A DNA stretch of 64,000 nt. Origin: Acidobacteriota bacterium. Lineage in GTDB: Bacteria > Acidobacteriota > Thermoanaerobaculia > Multivoradales > UBA5704. Shown piece by piece: positions 57,475 through 64,000 of this stretch; position 1 is the stretch's first letter, and each line of letters starts with the position of its first letter. The notes beneath the pieces were generated by a model, which was not told the origin of the DNA, ran no database searches, and was given only the letters and a program-made list of their open reading frames with translations. The position numbers and the translations under genes are program-made. The stretch is taken from assembly GCA_040005235.1 (NCBI GenBank), contig JBDTZG010000012.1, forward strand, positions 1-64,000, in the 5' to 3' direction.

Positions 57475-58587
57475 ATGCGCCGCTTAACGCCGCTCTTCCT
57501 GCTGGTTCTGGTCCTTCCGCTCGCCCCCGGGGCCGCCCGAGCCCAGGCGCCGACGTTCGACGCCCAGGCCGCCGCGCGCTTCGCCGATCTGGCGCTCGCC
57601 TGCGTCGGCAAGGAATATCCCAACAAGATCGCCCACGTGATGACCGGCGATGCCGACGCCAAGCCGCCGCACCTGCTCACCCCCGCGTTCTTCGGCTGCT
57701 ACGACTGGCACTCCGCCGTCCACGGCCATTGGCTGCTCGCCCGGCTCGCGCGGACCTATCCGGAAGCGCCGTTCGCGGCACCGGCCCGCGCGGCCCTCGC
57801 CGCGAGCCTTACCCCGGAAAAGATCACCGCCGAGGTGGCCTATTTAGACGGCCCGGGCCGAGTCTCGTTCGAGCGTCCCTACGGCCTCGCCTGGCTGCTC
57901 CAGCTCGGCGCCGAGCTGCGCGGCTGGGACGACCCGCAAGCCAAATCCTGGTCCGCCGCGCTCGCGCCGCTCGAACGGGCGGCGGCGAAACGGATCTCCG
58001 ACTGGCTGCCGAAGCTCTCGCGGCCGATCCGGATCGGCGAGCACGACCAGACCGCGTTCTCGTTCGGGCTGATCCTCGATTGGGCGCGCGCCGCCAAGGA
58101 CGCCGATCTCGAAAGGTTGGTCCTCGAACGCAGCCAGGCGTACTACCTCGCCGACCGCACCTGCCCGCTGTCGTATGAACCGTCGGGCCAGGACTTTCTC
58201 TCCCCCTGCCTCGCCGAGGCCGACCTGATGCGGCGCATCCTGCCGGCCGAGCGTTTCGCCGCCTGGCTCGGCGACTTCCTGCCGCAGATCCCCAAGGCGA
58301 TCGAAGCCCCCGGCTCGCCCTCGTGGCTGGAGCCCGCGATCGTCACCGATCCGACCGACCCCAAGCTCGCGCATCTGGACGGCTTGAACCTCTCGCGCGC
58401 CTGGATGCTCGAAGGGATCGTCGCCAGCCTGCCCGCCACCGATCCCCGCCTGCCGGAGCTGCGCGCCACCGCCCTGCGCCATCGCAAGGCGGGGCTCGCC
58501 GCGGTGACCGGGGAGCACTACGAGGGAGGGCACTGGCTCGGCAGCTTCGCCACCTACTTGGCGACCGGCCGGGGGCTCGAACGGTAG
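57475..58587 (+). CDS. DUF2891-domain secreted protein
   Basis: EYPNK, FGCYDWHSAVH, FERPYG.AW, EPSG.DFLSP, HLDGLNLSRAW and HWLGSFA. Confidence 0.87.
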   Translation: MRRLTPLFLLVLVLPLAPGAARAQAPTFDAQAAARFADLALACVGKEYPNKIAHVMTGDADAKPPHLLTPAFFGCYDWHSAVHGHWLLARLARTYPEAPFAAPARAALAASLTPEKITAEVAYLDGPGRVSFERPYGLAWLLQLGAELRGWDDPQAKSWSAALAPLERAAAKRISDWLPKLSRPIRIGEHDQTAFSFGLILDWARAAKDADLERLVLERSQAYYLADRTCPLSYEPSGQDFLSPCLAEADLMRRILPAERFAAWLGDFLPQIPKAIEAPGSPSWLEPAIVTDPTDPKLAHLDGLNLSRAWMLEGIVASLPATDPRLPELRATALRHRKAGLAAVTGEHYEGGHWLGSFATYLATGRGLER

Positions 58588-58628
58588 GGGCGATTCTGGA
58601 GGCACAGGAGCTGGATCGGCGCGGCGAC

Positions 58629-59399
58629 CTACAGCATCTCGGCTTTCCGCGCCCGCCGCAGCACTTCGCCGCCCAGCTTGCCGTAGGCGGCGGCGCCGGT
58701 CGACCAGGACTCGTAGTCGAAGATGCTCCGGCCATAGCCAGGCGCCTCGGCGAGGCGGACGTTGATCGGGATCTCGGTCTTGAGCACCTTGCTGCCGTAC
58801 TTCTTGCGCAGATCGGCCACCAGCTCCTCGGTCAGCTTGGTCCGGTGGTCGACCATGGTGAGCAGAATGCCGAGCAGTTGCGTCTTGCCCACCCGGTCCT
58901 TGTTCAGCTCCAACAGCTCGAAGAAACCGCCCAGCGCATCGGCGTCCAGGTGGTGCGGCGCGAGCGGCACGAGGTAGGCGTCGGAGGCGGCGAGCCCGTT
59001 GACCGTCAAAACCGACAGACCCGGCGGGCAGTCGATGACCACCGCGTCGAACCGGCGGCGAACGGACGCAAGAGCCTTCTTGAGCAGTTTCTCCGGCTCC
59101 TGCTTCCGGGCGACCGCGAGGTCCATACCGGCCAAGGCGAGCGCGCCGGGGATCAGCGAGACCCCTTCGATGCTCGACTCCCGAATCGCCTCGGCCGCCT
59201 CGACCTTGCCCAACAGCAGATCGGCGGTCGAAGGCTCGGCGTCGGCCCGGCCCACCCCGAGCGAATAGCTCGCCGACCCCTGCGGATCCAGGTCGACGAC
59301 CAGGGTCTTCAAGCCCCCGCGGGCGAAAGCCGCCGTCAGGTTCACCGCCGTCGTGGTCTTGCCCACTCCTCCTTTGACGTTCACCAGAGCCAGATTCAT
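58629..59399 (-). CDS. ParA/Soj-family ATPase, orphan
   Basis: KGGVGKTT, DLDPQG, IDCPP and RLAEAP..G; no parB adjacent. Confidence 0.9.
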   Translation of the reverse strand: MNLALVNVKGGVGKTTTAVNLTAAFARGGLKTLVVDLDPQGSASYSLGVGRADAEPSTADLLLGKVEAAEAIRESSIEGVSLIPGALALAGMDLAVARKQEPEKLLKKALASVRRRFDAVVIDCPPGLSVLTVNGLAASDAYLVPLAPHHLDADALGGFFELLELNKDRVGKTQLLGILLTMVDHRTKLTEELVADLRKKYGSKVLKTEIPINVRLAEAPGYGRSIFDYESWSTGAAAYGKLGGEVLRRARKAEML

Positions 59400-59478
59400 C
59401 GCGTCCTCCTCGTTTGCAACGATTCTACGCAAGTCTATCCGTCGGGAGTGCGGAGCGCGAACGGAACGAGGAAATGCG

Positions 59479-59526
59479 AAAAAACCCGGCCGACCGGCAT
59501 CCGTACGGAAGCCGATCGACCGGGTT
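59479..59526 (-). terminator. Intrinsic terminator downstream of the fasciclin gene
   Basis: Minus strand reads AACCCGGTCGATCGGC...GCCGGTCGGCCGGG followed by TTTTTT. Confidence 0.7.
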
Positions 59527-59555
59527 GCGGGGAGGCCCCCCGAGAGGGGCGAAAA

Positions 59556-60125
59556 TCAGTTCGGCATCAGCACCGCGTCGACGACGTGGATGACGCCATT
59601 ACTCTGGAAGACGTCGGCGGTAGTGACGGTCGCGGAGTTGCCCTTCTCGTCCCAGATCTTGACCGCTTTGCCGTCGAGCTTCGCGATCAGCTTGCCGCCG
59701 GCCACCGTGTCGAGCGTCGCCTTGCCGCCACCCGCCTTGATCTTCGCCATCAAGGAGGCCGCGTCCCATTTGCCCGCGACGACGTGGTAAGTGAGGATCT
59801 TGACCAGGGTCGCCTTGTTCTCGGGCTTGAGCAGATTTTCGACCGTTCCGGCCGGCAGCGCGGCGAACGCGGCGTTGGTGGGCGCAAAGACCGTGAACGG
59901 CCCCGGACCCTTGAGCGTATCGACCAGTCCGGCGGCCTTGACCGCGGCGACCAGGGTCGTATGGTCCTTCGAGTTGACGGCGTTGTCGATGATGTCCTTG
60001 GTCGGATACATCTCCGCACCACCAACCATCTTGGTTCCCATCTCATGGTTCGGAGCCGCGATGACGGTCGACGCGACCAGGGCGGCCGCCAAACCCATCC
60101 AGATTTTCACATTCTTGGAACGCAT
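59556..60125 (-). CDS. Fasciclin (FAS1) domain protein
   Basis: Signal peptide; GPFTVFAPTNAAF, ILTYHVV and SNGVIHVVDAVL. Confidence 0.93.
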   Translation of the reverse strand: MRSKNVKIWMGLAAALVASTVIAAPNHEMGTKMVGGAEMYPTKDIIDNAVNSKDHTTLVAAVKAAGLVDTLKGPGPFTVFAPTNAAFAALPAGTVENLLKPENKATLVKILTYHVVAGKWDAASLMAKIKAGGGKATLDTVAGGKLIAKLDGKAVKIWDEKGNSATVTTADVFQSNGVIHVVDAVLMPN

Positions 60126-60248
60126 GTGGGAATTCCTCTCAATTGGCATTCGGTCTCAGGAGAGCTCATGCAGGCCTCTTTTGGCGCCTGCAAACACTCC
60201 TACGCGGACAGGAGCATTCCGGATGAGATCGGCGGCGAGGCCGCTTCC

Positions 60249-60467
60249 TTACGCCGAAGCGATCGCCCAGAGGAACATCACGATCCCCGCCGCGACCAGG
60301 AAGCCGCCGGGGAACATGAAGACGATGAAGGCGAGCGGGTGCGCGGAGCTTAAGGTGAGCGCCTGGATCGCGAGTCCGGGGGCGATCAGCAGCGCCGCCC
60401 GGCGCAGGCGCTTGTCGGTCGGTCGATCGCTGGCCTGGGGGTCCGCGCCGGCTTCCAAGGCGGTCAT
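60249..60467 (-). CDS. Small 2-TM membrane protein
   Basis: 72 aa with two hydrophobic helices; ATGA overlap with the NapC/NirT gene. Confidence 0.65.
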   Translation of the reverse strand: MTALEAGADPQASDRPTDKRLRRAALLIAPGLAIQALTLSSAHPLAFIVFMFPGGFLVAAGIVMFLWAIASA

Positions 60468-61078
60468 GGCTTGGGCTCCTTCCACAGGGCGTGCTTGGCG
60501 ATGTTGGCCGCGTCGTGAACGTCGCTGTGGCATTCGATGCAGGAAGTCTTCTCGGCCGCGAGGTCTTCCAGCTGGTCGTCGTGCCCTTCGCTCTCGACGT
60601 AGCCGCGCGATCCGGCATGGCAATGCAGGCACTCGCGATTCTGGAACGGCTCGTACAGCGCGATCTTCGCGGGCATCGTGCCGAGATAGTTGATATACAG
60701 ATGGCGCAGGCCGCGGATCTTCGACTTGAATCCGCCGAACATGGCGTAGTTCGTATGGCAGGTGTAACACGCCTGGTCGCGCGGGATGCGCCGGTTCTGG
60801 AAGTGCGCCGCCGGCACGAAGTCGGCGCTGTCGATGTGAAGGCTCTTGCCGTACGGCTCCATCACGTGGCAGGAAAGGCAGAACTCGGTCGATTTCGACC
60901 GCTCGAGGTGCGCTTCGAGCGCGAAGACGGTGCCCAGCACGGGCAGCAGGAAAAACGCCAGGAACGCCAGAACCTTGCCGCCGCGAACGGCGGTGAGATT
61001 CGGACGAACGGCGACGACGGCGATCAATGCGATCGCAAAGACGATCAGCGAGACGACGGCCAAGGCCATGCCGGACAT
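60464..61078 (-). CDS. NapC/NirT-family tetraheme cytochrome c (CymA-like quinol oxidoreductase)
   Basis: N-terminal TM helices; STEFCLSCHVM, CYTCH, CLHCH and CIECH (4 CxxCH). Confidence 0.88.
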   Translation of the reverse strand: MSGMALAVVSLIVFAIALIAVVAVRPNLTAVRGGKVLAFLAFFLLPVLGTVFALEAHLERSKSTEFCLSCHVMEPYGKSLHIDSADFVPAAHFQNRRIPRDQACYTCHTNYAMFGGFKSKIRGLRHLYINYLGTMPAKIALYEPFQNRECLHCHAGSRGYVESEGHDDQLEDLAAEKTSCIECHSDVHDAANIAKHALWKEPKP

Positions 61079-61109
61079 GCGGCGATTCCCTCCCGTTTCA
61101 AGCGAAGCT

Positions 61110-61451
61110 TCACTTGGCCTTCTGAGCTACCAGCCAATCCAAAACCGCTTGGATCTCCTCGTCGGTTCCCTTGAATTCCTTCGTGTGCTTCTTGCCTTTT
61201 TCTCCACCCGGCTCCAGCTTGCGCAGAAATTTGATCAGTTTCGGCGCATCCGCCGCCTTGACCTTGCCGGTGAGATCGGGCGCCTTCATCTTGTCGCTGG
61301 TTTGGGTGATTCCGGCCGCCGAAATTGAATGACAAAGGTTGCATTTCTGGGCGAGGAAAATCGCCTTGCCATCCAAAGCAGCTCCGGCCGCCGAAACGAA
61401 GGTCAAGGCGAGGCCCACGGTGAAAGCCGCCAGTAGTCGTCGATTTTGCAT
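61110..61451 (-). CDS. Periplasmic monoheme class I cytochrome c
   Basis: Signal peptide; GKAIF...CNLCH; APDL; EEIQAVLDWL. Confidence 0.88.
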   Translation of the reverse strand: MQNRRLLAAFTVGLALTFVSAAGAALDGKAIFLAQKCNLCHSISAAGITQTSDKMKAPDLTGKVKAADAPKLIKFLRKLEPGGEKGKKHTKEFKGTDEEIQAVLDWLVAQKAK

Positions 61452-61709
61452 TGAGGTCTTCTCCTGTCAGTAACGACCGGAGTGTAACGCCGCGGTCCAC
61501 GCGTAGGGACCCAGAGCGGCGGTTGTTCAAGAAGTCTACCCCACGGCGCGCGGCTACCCTTTTGTCCCTACCCTGGAGGGTAGGAGCGAGGCCACCTCGC
61601 AAGAGTGCGACTTTCTCCCCTCGATCTGAAGAATGAACCTCGTCGTACTTTCTCGATCCAGCTTCACCAGAGAGAGCCGGTCCTTTACGTCCGGTCGGAG
61701 GGGCTCCGC

Positions 61710-62696
61710 ATGAATCTCAGACTTCGAGTCGCGTTCATCACCCTGGTCGCCGCCCTATGGCTCGGCGGTGCCGCCGGTGCTCTGGGCTTCGCCCTGATCC
61801 CGGGACACTCCCCCGAGACCCCCGCCCCTCCGACCGCTCCGGCATCCACCGCCACCTCCGCGCCCGCCGTTCCGGTATCTTCCGGATACGCCGGCAGCGA
61901 GGCGTGCGTCGGCTGCCATGGCGACCAGGCCGATCATCTGGCCAATACCCCGCACGGCCGCGCGGGATTCGCCAAGCTCTCGTCGCTCGGCTGCGAGACC
62001 TGCCACGGGCCGGGCAACGCCCACGCGGAAACGCCGGACGATCCCGCCCTGTATCCCAAGCTTGAGAACCTGACGGCGGCCAAGGCCTCCGCCGTCTGCC
62101 AGGGCTGCCACTCGGGGGGCAAGCAGTTCTTCTGGCACAACGGCCGCCACGAGGCGCGCGGCCTGTCGTGCATCACCTGCCACAGCGTCCATTCTCCCAA
62201 GTCGGAGCATGCGCAGCTCAAGCAGGAGTCGGTCACCGAGCAGTGCTTCTCCTGCCACAAGGACGTGCGCGCCGACACCTGGAAGACCTCGCACCATCCG
62301 ATCCGCGAGGGCAAGATCTCCTGCGCCGACTGCCACAACCCGCACGGCACGCAGACCCCGAAGATGATCGAAGCGGCCTCGGTCAACGAGCAGTGCTACA
62401 GCTGCCACACCGAAAAGCGCGGTCCGTTTCTTTGGGAGCACCCGCCGGTCCGCGAGAACTGCCTGAACTGCCATTCGCCGCACGGATCCAACCACCTGAA
62501 GCTGCAGAAGACCTCGGTGCCGTTCCTCTGCCAGCAGTGCCACGCCAACACGCGGCATCCCGGCACGCTCTACGACGCCACCACGCTGGCCGACGGCGCG
62601 CGGGCGAGCAACCGAATCTTCAATCGTGCCTGTCTCGACTGCCACGCCTCGATCCATGGCAGCAACCATCCGTCGAGCCCGTACCTTGGCCATTGA
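61710..62696 (+). CDS. mtrA: Decaheme c-type cytochrome, DmsE/MtrA/MtoA/PioA family
   Basis: 10 CxxCH counted; KRGPFLWEHPPV.ENC; terminal IHGSNHPS. Confidence 0.92.
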   Translation: MNLRLRVAFITLVAALWLGGAAGALGFALIPGHSPETPAPPTAPASTATSAPAVPVSSGYAGSEACVGCHGDQADHLANTPHGRAGFAKLSSLGCETCHGPGNAHAETPDDPALYPKLENLTAAKASAVCQGCHSGGKQFFWHNGRHEARGLSCITCHSVHSPKSEHAQLKQESVTEQCFSCHKDVRADTWKTSHHPIREGKISCADCHNPHGTQTPKMIEAASVNEQCYSCHTEKRGPFLWEHPPVRENCLNCHSPHGSNHLKLQKTSVPFLCQQCHANTRHPGTLYDATTLADGARASNRIFNRACLDCHASIHGSNHPSSPYLGH

Positions 62697-62721
62697 TCCG
62701 CATGCAACCCGGAGCGAGAAG

Positions 62722-64000
62722 ATGAGAACTCAAAAAACCGTCTCCCTTCCGATCCTGACGCTGGTGCTTCTGCTGGCGCCGCTCGGCTCCTCGTTCGCCG
62801 CCGACCCCGCTGCGGTCGCGAGCGGAGGCTCGGGCCAAGGACCGTTCACCTTCCACCTCGACCCCGTGGCGATCGAGTGGCTTTCCCTCGATCAGGACAC
62901 GAGCTCCTCGAAGTTCCAGGAGTACCGGGACCTCGACAACGGATTCCGCATCCCGCTGCTCAAGCTCTGGGGCGCGAGCGCGGACGGCAACCGTACGCTC
63001 GACTTTTCGGCCCAGAACGTCTGGCGCGACGACGCCCGGCTCGAGCTCGACTACGCCCAGGCCGGCAAGTACGGCCTTAGCCTGTCGTACGACAAGATTC
63101 CCCACCGCTTCGGCAACGACGCGAGCTTCCTCTGGACCCGCACGGGCGCCGGACGGTTCGAGATCGACGACGCGGTCCAGCGGGCGAACCAGGCGGCGAT
63201 CACCGCTCAGTTCGCGGCGAACAAGGCTCTGGTCGCCTTCCCCTTTCTGAACAATCTGATCTCGCCGCAGATCGCGGCGGCCAAGAAGATCGACATCTCG
63301 CTCGAACGCGAACGGACCCGGCTCGACTTCGACCTCGGTACGCTCAAGGGTCTCTCTTGGGACGTCTCGCTGTTCAACGAGAAACGGACCGGCTTGCGCC
63401 CGTACGGCGCCTCGTTCGGCTTCAGCAACGCGACCGAGATCGTCGAGCCGATCGACTACGACACCTCCGAGGTGACGGCGCGCGGCGAATGGGCCGGCAA
63501 GAACGGCGGCCTGGTGTTCGGCTTCCGCTCCTCGCGGTTTGAAAACTCGATCAAGAGCGTCACTTGGGACAACCCGTTCCGCGCCACCGACTCGACCGAT
63601 CCAGGCGCCTATTCCGCCCCCGGCAGCGGTTCGATCAACGGCCCGGCGACCGGCAGGAACGCGCTCGCGCCGGACAACAAGGCGGGCAGCTTCTTCCTCG
63701 ATGGTCGCTGGCGTTTCCCTTCCGGCTGGTGGACCAACGCGAGCGCGAGCAAGACCCGCATGAAGCAGGACGAGGCGCTGCTCGCCTACACCACGAACAC
63801 GGCGATCAACACCCGCGGCGGCGCGCCGTTCGACGCCTCCCTGAGGTCGAATCTGCCGCAGCAGACGGCGGACCGGACGGCCGACGTCACCACCTTCTCG
63901 GCCAACGCCGGGGCTAAGTTCGCCCACAACCTGGGTCTAACGTTCCGGCTGCGTTCTTACGACTACAAGGACGACAGCGACCGGGTGACGATTCCCGGCT
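62722..64000 (+). CDS. mtrB: MtrB/PioB-family outer-membrane beta-barrel, partial; runs off the window end
   Basis: Manual translation gives a signal peptide (MRTQKTVSLPILTLVLLLAP...), then SSSKFQEYRDL, YDKIPH, LERER, EPIDYDT, WDNPF and APDN. Directly follows the decaheme gene; not in the ORF track. Confidence 0.88.
   Translation, partial: MRTQKTVSLPILTLVLLLAPLGSSFAADPAAVASGGSGQGPFTFHLDPVAIEWLSLDQDTSSSKFQEYRDLDNGFRIPLLKLWGASADGNRTLDFSAQNVWRDDARLELDYAQAGKYGLSLSYDKIPHRFGNDASFLWTRTGAGRFEIDDAVQRANQAAITAQFAANKALVAFPFLNNLISPQIAAAKKIDISLERERTRLDFDLGTLKGLSWDVSLFNEKRTGLRPYGASFGFSNATEIVEPIDYDTSEVTARGEWAGKNGGLVFGFRSSRFENSIKSVTWDNPFRATDSTDPGAYSAPGSGSINGPATGRNALAPDNKAGSFFLDGRWRFPSGWWTNASASKTRMKQDEALLAYTTNTAINTRGGAPFDASLRSNLPQQTADRTADVTTFSANAGAKFAHNLGLTFRLRSYDYKDDSDRVTIPG

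Noticed and set aside
61503-61572. GTAGGGAC...GTCCCTAC inverted repeat in the divergent cytochrome promoter region
   Set aside because: The arms are only 8 bp with a long spacer, so I cannot assign it as a regulator site or a REP element.

Overview
GC-rich bacterial chromosomal window. ADOP-type duplicated ABC permeases, an IPTL-CTERM protein and a C-terminal PCRxxDTR...VDVNGY domain suggest Acidobacteriota, possibly Thermoanaerobaculia (inference). Housekeeping blocks are present: queE-thiE-lspA-rluD; ftsY-ribD-ribE; a RomR-like regulator followed by valS-birA-coaX; and a glycosyltransferase cluster. Three accessory patches lie between them. (i) About 17.3-19.3 kb: DUF3892 plus decayed toxin-antitoxin modules. 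(ii) About 22.6-26.6 kb: two related 435 and 461 bp arrays of degenerate 21-bp units, in direct orientation, enclose 3.1 kb of small genes (lipoprotein, SLATT-like protein, truncated PD-(D/E)XK nuclease, IPTL-CTERM protein). (iii) About 38.9-43.6 kb: a CHAT-NB-ARC-TPR protein, an orphan higA, a collapsed TIR-STAND pseudogene flanked by REP-like elements, and a third periodic tract. The window ends in a divergent extracellular electron transfer cluster: NapC/NirT tetraheme, monoheme cytochrome c, decaheme MtrA/DmsE and a partial MtrB/PioB porin. I recognised no rRNA, tRNA, CRISPR array, transposase or integrase. All family calls come from motif recognition by eye, not from database searches.
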